64,000 nt of DNA from Candidatus Woesearchaeota archaeon (GTDB lineage: Archaea > Nanobdellota > Nanobdellia > Woesearchaeales > GW2011-AR4), in the NCBI GenBank assembly GCA_016192985.1, contig JACPTC010000017.1, positions 1,182 through 65,181 of the forward strand, given 5' to 3'. This document shows positions 1-7,593 of this stretch, piece after piece. The notes beneath the pieces are model-generated. The model ran no database searches. It had not been told where the DNA came from and saw only the letters and a list, made by a program, of their open reading frames with translations. Each line of letters begins with the position of its first letter. The first letter of the stretch is position 1. The position numbers and the translations under genes are program-made.

Positions 1-458
1 TCTTCCGTCTTTGTTTCTTCAACTTCTTTAACCTCTTCCTTCTCCTCTTCCACCAACCCAGTCTTCTCCTCCAAAGTCGCTTCTTTTTTCTCTTCAGCTT
101 TTTCCTCCTTTTTCTTGAACTTGAATAGGTCTCTTAATCTTCTTTTCTCTTCCTTCTGCACTCTCAATTGCTCTGGCGTCTTTCTTTTCTTTCTTGGCTT
201 CTCTGTTTTTAGCTTTGGCTTTGTTGCTCTTGTCTTTATTCCTAACTCTTCCAAGGCTTTAGCAACCTCTTCATGAGAAGCGTTTTTTTCTATCTTTAGG
301 ACTTGGTTTAAGGGTTCTAGATGAAGTATGTTTACTTTTCTCCTTCTTGTTTCGCCGTCAAGAAGAACATATTTATCATCTAATATATCTACAATGATTG
401 CCTTTTTTCCTGCATCGCGCCCTGCTATTTTTACAACGAGTCGGCCTATTTCTATCAT
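1..458 (-). CDS. rpl14e: 50S ribosomal protein L14e (eL14); C-terminal end cut by the window edge
   Basis: Not in the ORF track because it runs off the left edge. Reverse translation from the ATG at 458-456 gives MIEIGRLVVKIAGRDAGKKAIIVDILDDKYVLLDGETRRRKVNILHLEP..., the KOW-type L14e signature. A long K/E-rich tail follows and continues past position 1. Confidence 0.8.
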   Translation of the reverse strand, partial: MIEIGRLVVKIAGRDAGKKAIIVDILDDKYVLLDGETRRRKVNILHLEPLNQVLKIEKNASHEEVAKALEELGIKTRATKPKLKTEKPRKKRKTPEQLRVQKEEKRRLRDLFKFKKKEEKAEEKKEATLEEKTGLVEEEKEEVKEVEETKTE

Positions 459-459
459 G

Positions 460-657
460 TTAGTCTACCTCCAAAATTTTTAAATCTATCAGTTCTTTTA
501 TAAATTCTTTACCTTTCTCAGTTGGAATCACTGCCTTATCTTTAACTAAGACTAAATTATTCTTAACCAAATCGCCGCCTTTATTAGCGTAGAAAAATGA
601 AGGGGTTTTACTTCCAAATTTACCGCTTAAAGCAATAGGATTAAAGTTTGATTTCAA
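460..657 (-). CDS. hypothetical small protein (65 aa)
   Basis: ORF-track entry. The start codon is TTG with no in-frame ATG. It lies 7 nt downstream of the AbrB-like ORF. The C-terminal ...VIPTEKGKEFIKEL resembles a winged-helix tail, but I recognise no family. Confidence 0.3.
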   Translation of the reverse strand: MKSNFNPIALSGKFGSKTPSFFYANKGGDLVKNNLVLVKDKAVIPTEKGKEFIKELIDLKILEVD

Positions 658-663
658 TATCTA

Positions 664-831
664 TCAGGCTATATAAGTTTCCACACTTTTTATTTCAGCG
701 GCTATTTTATCGTCGTGTTTGAGTTGTAAGCGTTTGGCTACTTCTATTGGAACGTATATTTCCTGATAGTTAGAAGTATTCTTGTCAAACCATTCATTTT
801 CCAAATTTTTTAGTTTATTTGTTAATTTCAT
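664..831 (-). CDS. small AbrB/SpoVT (MazE-like) swapped-hairpin DNA-binding protein, 55 aa
   Basis: Below the ORF-track size cutoff; translated by hand as MKLTNKLKNLENEWFDKNTSNYQEIYVPIEVAKRLQLKHDDKIAAEIKSVETYIA*. The segment IYVPIEVAKRLQLKHDDKIAAEI matches the AbrB/SpoVT pattern (v.IPkev.ekLgl.eGD.v.ie). A GGAG lies 11 nt upstream of the ATG. Confidence 0.5.
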   Translation of the reverse strand: MKLTNKLKNLENEWFDKNTSNYQEIYVPIEVAKRLQLKHDDKIAAEIKSVETYIA

Positions 832-930
832 TTTTAATTATCTCCAAGAAAAAATGATGATTTAAAGATAAAAAATTGATTAAGTTAATCAGAAAATGGT
901 TTTGAATATCCTATCATTTTGTTTCCTCCG

Positions 931-970
931 ATCACTTGAAGCAAGCGGTGTTGCCATCCGCTCAAGTGAT
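931..970 (-). other. stem-loop immediately downstream of rpl34e (possible 3' end or terminator structure)
   Basis: ATCACTTGA (931-939) pairs with TCAAGTGAT (962-970). An inner stem pairs GCGG (945-948) with CCGC (958-961) around a 9-nt loop. The structure starts 11 nt after the L34e stop codon. Confidence 0.4.
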
Positions 971-981
971 TTCAACGTTGT

Positions 982-1266
982 TTATTGTGATGTATTGTAA
1001 TATTGTCTAGCTTTGTCTATTATTCCTTCTCTCATGCATTTGCTGCACAAAACGCCGCCAAACGGCCTTTCTGGCCTCTTCTTTGTCTTTGCCATGGATC
1101 TCATCCTGAAAGGCAGTGCTCTTGGGATTCCCTTCAAAACAGCGCCGCAATTGCCGCATTTAGCAGATTTCGGCTTTTTTTTCTTGTACTGTAGGCTAAC
1201 TACTCCGCCAGATACTTTTCTGAATACTTTCCTTAAACTTCTTGACCTTAATCTGGGCGCTGGCAT
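982..1266 (-). CDS. rpl34e: 50S ribosomal protein L34e (eL34)
   Basis: MPAPRLRSRSLRKVFRKVSGG...CGNCGAVLKGIP...RPFGGVLCSKCMRE is typical of eL34. I prefer the ATG at 1266 over the track start at 1341. A palindromic TATA box (1289-1296) lies 22 nt upstream of 1266. Confidence 0.85.
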   Translation of the reverse strand: MPAPRLRSRSLRKVFRKVSGGVVSLQYKKKKPKSAKCGNCGAVLKGIPRALPFRMRSMAKTKKRPERPFGGVLCSKCMREGIIDKARQYYNTSQ

Positions 1267-1288
1267 GTCTGCTGGAAAAGCATGTTCA

Positions 1289-1296
1289 TTTATAAA
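1289..1296 (-). promoter_or_regulatory. TATA box (TTTATAAA) for rpl34e; leaderless spacing
   Basis: TTTATAAA lies 22 nt upstream of the ATG at 1266. The same spacing recurs at other first-in-operon genes in this window. Confidence 0.45.
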
Positions 1297-1309
1297 GCTT
1301 ATCATAATC

Positions 1310-1317
1310 TTTAAATA
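1310..1317 (+). promoter_or_regulatory. TATA box (TTTAAATA) for the pilin-like gene
   Basis: TTTAAATA lies 27 nt upstream of the ATG at 1345. Confidence 0.4.
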
Positions 1318-1344
1318 CAAATACTTTAAATCGATTAGCACAAC

Positions 1345-1833
1345 ATGCTCAGATTTTTTAAATATAAAAAAGGGGTATCTCCGCTAGTGGCCACTATCCT
1401 TTTGATAGCTTTTGCTGTTGCGCTTGGCTCTGTTGTTATGAACTGGGGATTGAATCTTGAATTGGGAAAGTCTGATGACAAGTGCAGGAATATTGAAATC
1501 AAAATAAGGAGCATGGGCGTTGCAGAAGTCTGTTTTGGCGGCGTTAATCAGAACGGCTACATAAATTTTATATTGGACAATACAGGCTTAGTGGATGTAA
1601 ATGGACTTGCCATATGGATAATAGGCGACAAAGGAACAAGGCTTTATGAATTAGACAATGTAACCATCAAGAAAGGCTCCTTGTTTGACAAAAAGGATAA
1701 GCAGGTCACTTACGATTTCTTGACATACGGCAGCATAAAACAGGTTCAGTTTATACCAAAAATCAAGGCGCAGAACATAGAAATATGCTCAAGATACGCA
1801 GTCAAGGCAGAGAAGATAGGCGTATGCTCGTGA
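1345..1833 (+). CDS. archaeal type IV pilin-like protein with class III signal peptide
   Basis: The N-terminus MLRFFKYKKG|VSPLVATILLIAFAVALGSVV matches the archaeal prepilin peptidase site ([KR]G followed by a hydrophobic helix; Pilin_N/DUF361 type). The remainder is predicted to be extracellular and contains four Cys. Confidence 0.7.
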   Translation: MLRFFKYKKGVSPLVATILLIAFAVALGSVVMNWGLNLELGKSDDKCRNIEIKIRSMGVAEVCFGGVNQNGYINFILDNTGLVDVNGLAIWIIGDKGTRLYELDNVTIKKGSLFDKKDKQVTYDFLTYGSIKQVQFIPKIKAQNIEICSRYAVKAEKIGVCS

Positions 1834-1884
1834 TTCGTTAAAAACTGCCATTCATAGTAATAGTGAAATTTCACGTTTAGATTA

Positions 1885-2631
1885 TCAGTAAATTTTAAGT
1901 ATTTTTCTTAGAGCCATTGTGAATATAATGGAGAAGATGATATAAGTTCCAAGCCATCCAAGCTTCCATCCGAAAAGGTTTAATATTTTTTTTGGCTTGT
2001 AGCCAATCTGAATAAGATTAATAGCGCCATTTGTTTTTTTGGTGGGTTCAATGTATTTGTCGTCATTGGTTATAAGAATGCTTTTCTGCTGCTTTTCTGC
2101 GTTATAAATAAACTCCAGAATATGTTCACCTGCTTCTCCCTTTAATGTCCATTCAGCTCTGCCGTCTTCTATTTCCTGTATTTTGCTCTCCATTATTGCT
2201 ATTCCATCTGGAGCAATCAGCTCAGCATTTCCATGCGTATTTTCTTCAAAAAATACAGTAACTTTGAATTCTTGCTGTGGCTTGATGCCTTCATATGCAA
2301 AAGTTGAGCTCATCCATCCAAACAGGAGTATGATCGGGATAAAAGTGATTAAGGTTGGCTTTAGCGAATGCATCATATACTTCATGTTGACTTCCATTGT
2401 TTTTTTCTGCATTTCCAAGGCTTTTGCCGGGTTGCCTTTCAGCTCTTTGATTTGTTTTTGGTATTCTTTCATCTCCTCTTTCAGTTTTTTCATCAGAGCT
2501 TGATCTGTCATGTATTTTGTTATGATAATTATAACCAATGATATAAAAAAGGATAAGAGTATAACCGACCATAGTGTAGGCAGCTTAAGCAAAGGCGCAA
2601 ACACGATGTTCAAAAAATCAAAAAAAGCCAT
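1885..2631 (-). CDS. DUF106 / EMC3-YidC-like membrane insertase homolog (Mj0480 type) with an extra C-terminal domain
   Basis: After TM1 comes a coiled region, KKLKEEMKEYQKQIKELKGNPAKALEMQKKTMEVNMKYMMHSLKP, followed by a further TM segment. This is the DUF106 pattern. The position directly after secY is conserved in archaea. About 110 additional residues and a final TM follow. Confidence 0.7.
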   Translation of the reverse strand: MAFFDFLNIVFAPLLKLPTLWSVILLSFFISLVIIIITKYMTDQALMKKLKEEMKEYQKQIKELKGNPAKALEMQKKTMEVNMKYMMHSLKPTLITFIPIILLFGWMSSTFAYEGIKPQQEFKVTVFFEENTHGNAELIAPDGIAIMESKIQEIEDGRAEWTLKGEAGEHILEFIYNAEKQQKSILITNDDKYIEPTKKTNGAINLIQIGYKPKKILNLFGWKLGWLGTYIIFSIIFTMALRKILKIY

Positions 2632-4047
2632 TTAACCACCCATAAATTTTCTAAGCATTGGATTCATGTCCATCATATGCTGCCTTGCTATATCCTCGTA
2701 AAGCCTGTAAATAATCATTACTGCGAGCAAAATGCCCGTGCCTCCGCTTAAAGCTCCTGTTAAATCCGCAAGTGACGCTAAAAAACCCACAGTTATTCCT
2801 CCCATAATAGTCAAAGGCCATATGTATCTGTTCAGCAATCGTTCTAAAATACGTTCATCTTTTCTAAATCCCGGAATCTGAAGACCGCTGGACATCATCT
2901 GCTTGGCTTGGCTTTTTGCGTCCATTCCTGCTGTCTGAACCCAGAAAATGCTGAAAACTACGCTGCCAACAATAAAAAACAGCATATAAAACAAAGCCTG
3001 CAGATACGGAGCGATACCAATAAATAGAGTATGCTGCTGTATAACACTCCTTACAATGTCAGGCCCTTGCAACCAATAAACAAATCCTGAAATCGGCTGT
3101 CCGGTTGAAGAGCTAAATGTTCCAAGCAATGGATAGCCTATGTTCTGCAAAAGGCCCCCCCAGAGCTGGAAATTCGCAATAAGCGCAGCTACCAGTATTA
3201 CCGGAATATTTGATGTATAAATAAAAGACAAAGGCCATCTTATGCCGTGTCCCCTTACCATTCCAAAAGAAAGCGGAATTTCAACTTTCATGGCCTGTGC
3301 ATAAACTGCAATGGCAAAAACAAGTATTGTGGAAAGGATTGCAGACATCATTATCAGCGCTGTTGTAACATCCCCATTAACCAAGCTTTGAAAAAAAGCA
3401 GGAACAGCCCCTGCTGAATAAGTTACCCCTGCCAAGCCGCTTGGACCTGGCAGCCAGTTAAATGCCTGTATAAAAACGCTTTTGCTGACTCCAGCTGCGA
3501 TAAACAGGCTTATGCCTGAGCCAAACCCCCATTTGCTTACTACCTCATCTAAAAAAAGGATAAGCAAGCCGCCTAAGAATAATTGAAATATTAAAACTAG
3601 CTGCAGTTGAAAGTAAAAGATTGAGCCCTTAAATTGCTCTGCTGGCGCCAAGCCGCCTAAGAATACATATATTGCGCTCTCAAAAATAATAAAAAACAAA
3701 GACAAAAACTTCTGGGTGCCTTGAAAGGATTTTTTACCTTCAGATGTTGTTAAATCAAATTTCCATATGCCTGAGCCGTTAAGCAGCTGCAAGACTATAG
3801 AAGCTGTAACTATTGGGCCTATGCCAAGTGATATCAAAGAGCCTATTTCCGCCCCAAGAATTATCGACAATGTCTCAAATCTCTGCAAGGCATTTATGCC
3901 AAGCCCGAACAAAGGCATCAAACCCAAAATAAAAAAAATAACAAGTACAATGCCCGTCCATTTTAATTTTTCCCGGAAAGACAGCATTTTTTGGGTTGGG
4001 CCTTCAACTTCCGGAAGATTTGAGATTATCGTTTTCCAAACAGACAT
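2632..4047 (-). CDS. secY: preprotein translocase subunit SecY
   Basis: A 471-aa protein with about 10 TM segments; its sequence pattern and its position after L15 are as in all archaea. Confidence 0.95.
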   Translation of the reverse strand: MSVWKTIISNLPEVEGPTQKMLSFREKLKWTGIVLVIFFILGLMPLFGLGINALQRFETLSIILGAEIGSLISLGIGPIVTASIVLQLLNGSGIWKFDLTTSEGKKSFQGTQKFLSLFFIIFESAIYVFLGGLAPAEQFKGSIFYFQLQLVLIFQLFLGGLLILFLDEVVSKWGFGSGISLFIAAGVSKSVFIQAFNWLPGPSGLAGVTYSAGAVPAFFQSLVNGDVTTALIMMSAILSTILVFAIAVYAQAMKVEIPLSFGMVRGHGIRWPLSFIYTSNIPVILVAALIANFQLWGGLLQNIGYPLLGTFSSSTGQPISGFVYWLQGPDIVRSVIQQHTLFIGIAPYLQALFYMLFFIVGSVVFSIFWVQTAGMDAKSQAKQMMSSGLQIPGFRKDERILERLLNRYIWPLTIMGGITVGFLASLADLTGALSGGTGILLAVMIIYRLYEDIARQHMMDMNPMLRKFMGG

Positions 4048-4069
4048 TTTGTGTAGTAAAATTTAATGA

Positions 4070-4077
4070 TTTTTAAA
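4070..4077 (-). promoter_or_regulatory. TATA box (TTTAAAAA on the minus strand), possible internal promoter for secY
   Basis: It lies 22 nt upstream of the secY ATG (4047), within a 136-bp AT-rich spacer after rpl15. Confidence 0.4.
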
Positions 4078-4183
4078 TGTATTGTATATTTAATTTATTT
4101 TTCAATTTCTAAGAAATGTCTCTTGTATATAAATTTTATTCGTCTTAAAATTTCTAAGTTTTATATTTTTTAATTTATTAGAA

Positions 4184-4645
4184 TTATCCTGAGCTTTCTG
4201 CTTCAACTAACCCAATCACTTCTCCGCCAGCTTCCTTTACTTTTTCAATTGCCATTTTTGAGGCATAGGGAGTTTTTATCCTAAATTTAGTAGATACTTT
4301 TCCATCTCCAAGAAGCTTGTTAAATCCAATCTTTTCCAATTCAACATAATAAAAGCCGTTATCTTTAGAGACTAACCCGTTGGAGACAAGATTATCAAGA
4401 TGTTGCTCAATGAATCTTACATTAACCGGATTAATTCTTAGTTTCTGCGTCTTGCTTACAAAACCGTGTTTGCCAAAATAATCAGTTTTCCATATACTTG
4501 GCTTTTTGCTATCTGCTCTCTTTCCCGTGCCAGCCATTCCCCTACCGCCTCTATGACCTTGGCCGCGATGCTTTTTTTTCGCACCCCATCCATGTGTTTT
4601 TGAGCCCCTGAGCTTTACGACCTTTTTTCTCCTGTTGACTGTCAT
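4184..4645 (-). CDS. rpl15: 50S ribosomal protein L15 (uL15)
   Basis: KLRGSKTHGWGAKKKHRGQGHRGGRGMAGTGKR is a typical uL15 N-terminus; operon position also fits. Confidence 0.9.
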   Translation of the reverse strand: MTVNRRKKVVKLRGSKTHGWGAKKKHRGQGHRGGRGMAGTGKRADSKKPSIWKTDYFGKHGFVSKTQKLRINPVNVRFIEQHLDNLVSNGLVSKDNGFYYVELEKIGFNKLLGDGKVSTKFRIKTPYASKMAIEKVKEAGGEVIGLVEAESSG

Positions 4646-5082
4646 TATATCATCCTCTTGATTAAATCATTCACGGCTTTTCCCCTGTAGCCTAGAGCCC
4701 CGCCTTTCTGATAGGGGTATTTTATTCCTTTTCTTCCATAGCCTTTCTTTGGTGGGCTTAAGCGAAAGTATTTTTTTATTTTTTTATTGGAGAGTGTCAC
4801 AAAATTGTTGTACCTTATCTTTCTTTTCGAGTCAGTTTCCCTGCCTGTAAATTCCTCTTTTCTCTTTTCAACAAGAATATTAAAAGTCTCATCGTCTATC
4901 TCCCCCCATGTAATGTAATCTTTTGCTTGTTTAAGCATGCCTAAATAGATGGGCGTGGCTGGAACCACAATGCAGTAGTTTGCCTTGTAGAGCTTAAGCA
5001 TGTTTAAAGTATCTTTGATATCACGCCTCAATCCAGTTATTCCTCTTACCCTAATTGCAGCCAGCCTAGTATTCTGCTCCAT
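4645..5082 (-). CDS. rpl30: 50S ribosomal protein L30 (uL30)
   Basis: MEQNTRLAAIRVRGITGLRRDIKDTLNMLKL. I prefer the ATG at 5082 because the track start at 5115 is TTG and overlaps S5. Confidence 0.9.
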   Translation of the reverse strand: MEQNTRLAAIRVRGITGLRRDIKDTLNMLKLYKANYCIVVPATPIYLGMLKQAKDYITWGEIDDETFNILVEKRKEEFTGRETDSKRKIRYNNFVTLSNKKIKKYFRLSPPKKGYGRKGIKYPYQKGGALGYRGKAVNDLIKRMI

Positions 5083-5083
5083 A

Positions 5084-5959
5084 TTACACCTTTGTTTTAA
5101 GCGAGCCTTCAACAATGCTCAAAATCTCGACATTCTTTTGGTTTATCTTTGACTGCATCAGCTTTTGTAATGCCTCAAAGCAAGCATAAAGCACATTAAG
5201 CTTGCTTCTTGTTTGCCCTTCTGTTCTTGACCAAACATCCTTGACACCTGCAAGCTTCAATATTCTTTGACATTCTTTCTCAACTATCAGCCCTGTTCCC
5301 TTTGGGGCAGGCATGAGTGTTATTTCCACAGAGCCACACTTTCCGCTGACTTTGAATGGTATTGTGTGTGGCTCTCCGCAACCGCAACGCCAATTTCCAC
5401 AACCGCGCCGTACTTTTATTATGTTTAATTTTGCATGTCTTATCGCTTTTTCCCTTGCAGGCACAGTCTCTTTAGATTTGCCATAGCCAATGCCCACATA
5501 ACCGTCTTCGTTTCCAACAACTGCAAAAGTAGCGAATTTTGGCTTATTTCCTTCCTGAGTTTTTTTTTGTGTTTGCTTAAAAATTCTTTTTTGACCGCCG
5601 CCAAACTTCCCTTTTGATTGGCCTACCATCAGCAAATCTGTCGTTATGTTAGGCAACAAAGCGTCTACTATCTCCGGCTCTAAAATTTTTATCCTAGTGT
5701 CAAGCGCATAATCTATGCTTGCAATTTCTCCATTTTTTACTTTAATGCCTAAGGAGGTTCTTGGCTTCCACGCTTCCTTTTCAAAACCACCTTTCTTCTT
5801 TATTTCTTCTACTATCTCCTCTTCAAGCTCCTTAACCTCGCCAAGCTCAACTGCCAAGCCTTCCGCAGGTTTTTCTATTAATGCTTCTTCCTCTGTTATT
5901 TCTTCGTGCTTCTCGGCTTCTTTGACTTCCGTTTTTTCTTCAATTTTTTTCTTAGCCAT
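5084..5959 (-). CDS. rps5: 30S ribosomal protein S5 (uS5) with an N-terminal K/E-rich extension
   Basis: The core FAVVGNEDGYVGIGYGKSKETVPAREKAIRHAK...GTGLI matches uS5. The first roughly 70 aa are acidic/basic low complexity. Confidence 0.9.
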   Translation of the reverse strand: MAKKKIEEKTEVKEAEKHEEITEEEALIEKPAEGLAVELGEVKELEEEIVEEIKKKGGFEKEAWKPRTSLGIKVKNGEIASIDYALDTRIKILEPEIVDALLPNITTDLLMVGQSKGKFGGGQKRIFKQTQKKTQEGNKPKFATFAVVGNEDGYVGIGYGKSKETVPAREKAIRHAKLNIIKVRRGCGNWRCGCGEPHTIPFKVSGKCGSVEITLMPAPKGTGLIVEKECQRILKLAGVKDVWSRTEGQTRSKLNVLYACFEALQKLMQSKINQKNVEILSIVEGSLKTKV

Positions 5960-6530
5960 TAATCTTGACCTTTACTTCGTTAAAATGATTTATAATATCC
6001 TCTGGATCTAGTCCTTTTTTTATGTAGCTAGAAAACTCCTTTTCGAACGCTGGCTTGTCACTCTTGATTGATTGGGCATATGCCGCTATATGGGTGCCTG
6101 AAATTCTGTCTTTTGTCGGCAAAATTTTTGGATCAAATGGTATTTTTAAGCCTGCGTCAATTGCTCCTGCAAGTGCTGCGTAAATCCTTGAGCCCTTTGT
6201 TGAGTTATTAAATCCTAAGTCCAAGATTGCTTCCTTAACACCATTTTCAACTGCTCTTTTGCCTGCCAATAGTCCGACTAGATAAGCGCTTGGCAAATTT
6301 CCTGTATACCCTTTCCAGCCCAACTTGGTTAACATCTTGGAATTTACAGTGAAAAGAATTTTATCACCTTTCTCATGGTAAGCTATGACTGAAGCCTGAA
6401 TGTTGCTGAGAGATTTTCTTACTACAAACCTAAATTTGTTTGAAAGCAATATCTTTAGTCTCTTTTTGTAATAGGTTCTCCCTTCTTTCTTCCTCCTAAA
6501 TGGCACAGTAAAGGTCTTACCGCTTCTCAT
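5952..6530 (-). CDS. rpl18: 50S ribosomal protein L18 (uL18)
   Basis: FRRKKEGRTYYKKRLKILLSNKFRFVVRKSLSNIQASVI; operon position also fits. Confidence 0.9.
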   Translation of the reverse strand: MRSGKTFTVPFRRKKEGRTYYKKRLKILLSNKFRFVVRKSLSNIQASVIAYHEKGDKILFTVNSKMLTKLGWKGYTGNLPSAYLVGLLAGKRAVENGVKEAILDLGFNNSTKGSRIYAALAGAIDAGLKIPFDPKILPTKDRISGTHIAAYAQSIKSDKPAFEKEFSSYIKKGLDPEDIINHFNEVKVKING

Positions 6531-6972
6531 TTTTTATCATACCCCTCTCGCTTACATATAGCTTTAAGTGTCTCAAACTCCTAAAAAATCCCCCTTTGCT
6601 TTTCATGTAAAGCTCATGAAAATCGGGTGGGTTTATCTTACCGTTATCTCTTAATAACTTGATAAAACTTCTCTGTAGCCTTATTTTATTAATCCATGTC
6701 CTTTTGGGATTGAGCCTGACGGTTTTCTTGCCTTTCCTTGAGCCAAATCCTTTCTGTTTGCCGTAGCTCTTCTGCTTCTTTCTCTTTCTAGCCCAAAATT
6801 TTGATGTATTGAGTGCCCTGCTTTTGGATATTGCGCCATTATTTGCCAATACCCTTATATCATTTTTTGTTATTGCTTCCTTGACTTCGTCCAGCCGTTC
6901 AGGATCAAACCTTACCCTATTCCTGCCGCATTTCAAAACATTGGCTGCCAACCTTCTTTGTACTTTCAGCAT
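6517..6972 (-). CDS. rpl19e: 50S ribosomal protein L19e (eL19)
   Basis: MLKVQRRLAANVLKCGRNRVRFDPERLDEVKEAITKNDIR is a typical eL19 N-terminus. Confidence 0.9.
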   Translation of the reverse strand: MLKVQRRLAANVLKCGRNRVRFDPERLDEVKEAITKNDIRVLANNGAISKSRALNTSKFWARKRKKQKSYGKQKGFGSRKGKKTVRLNPKRTWINKIRLQRSFIKLLRDNGKINPPDFHELYMKSKGGFFRSLRHLKLYVSERGMIKNEKR

Positions 6973-6973
6973 T

Positions 6974-7552
6974 TTACACCTTTTTTATCAATACCTTGTC
7001 TTTTTCCGCCTTTTCAGATTCTTTCCTTTCTTCTTCACTCAATTGCGGCTTTTCTTTTTCATCTATGCCTTTTTCTTTTCCTTTTTCCCTTATATCTTCT
7101 TTTCTAGACTCTTTCAAATCTTTTTTCTTTTTTAAACTCATAAAACTTTCAATTTTTCCTATATATTCATCAACATTTAGGTTCAGTATATTGACATCAA
7201 GCTCTTTAGCTTTTTTTAAAATTTTCAACCTTTTTTTCATTCCAACATTTTTTGAAATAACTGCGCCTTCATTTTCTTTTTTTATGTTAAGTAAATCATC
7301 AACAGATTGAACTACAATCATTTTTAGCCCTGAATTATGGAGGCATTTGACTTTCCTTGGAGATTTATACCCTGGGGACGGCATCTTTCTTCTTCCCTTA
7401 AAGCTATGCCTTATTTTTGAGTGTATTCCTTTTGGCTTTCTCCATTTGTCATTAAGCTTCATTCTTTTAGGATTGTCCTGCCTGATGAATTCTGGTTTCT
7501 TGTATTTGATTCTTGTTCGCAATTCCAATAATGTGCTGATTTGTTGGGTCAT
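6974..7552 (-). CDS. rpl32e: 50S ribosomal protein L32e (eL32) with a C-terminal K/E-rich extension
   Basis: KWRKPKGIHSKIRHSFKGRRKMPSPGYKSPRKVK matches the eL32 core. The last roughly 60 aa are K/E-rich. Confidence 0.9.
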   Translation of the reverse strand: MTQQISTLLELRTRIKYKKPEFIRQDNPKRMKLNDKWRKPKGIHSKIRHSFKGRRKMPSPGYKSPRKVKCLHNSGLKMIVVQSVDDLLNIKKENEGAVISKNVGMKKRLKILKKAKELDVNILNLNVDEYIGKIESFMSLKKKKDLKESRKEDIREKGKEKGIDEKEKPQLSEEERKESEKAEKDKVLIKKV

Positions 7553-7593
7553 TTTAACTAGTACATTTTATTTAATATCTTCAAAAGTAAAAT

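Noticed and set aside
853-900. Possible C/D-box sRNA (ATGATGA at 853-859)
   Set aside because: There is no properly placed D box (CTGA) or C'/D' pair on the same strand, and no terminal stem. ATGATGA alone is expected by chance in AT-rich sequence.
885-917. 10-codon mini-ORF (MIGYSKPFSD) preceded by a perfect GGAGG with 7-nt spacing, just after the rpl34e hairpin
   Set aside because: It is too short to evaluate and conservation cannot be assessed here. I kept only the hairpin as a feature. It might be worth revisiting if ribosome profiling or comparative data exist.
1003-1387. Two plus-strand ORFs (63 and 124 aa) overlapping rpl34e
   Set aside because: They lie antisense to a confidently identified ribosomal protein gene, resemble no known family, and have a composition that mirrors the opposite strand.
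4104-4158. 10-bp direct repeat AATTTCTAAG (4104-4113 and 4149-4158) in the rpl15-secY spacer
   Set aside because: It is short, AT-rich and occurs only twice, which is compatible with chance. I retained only the TATA box nearer to secY.
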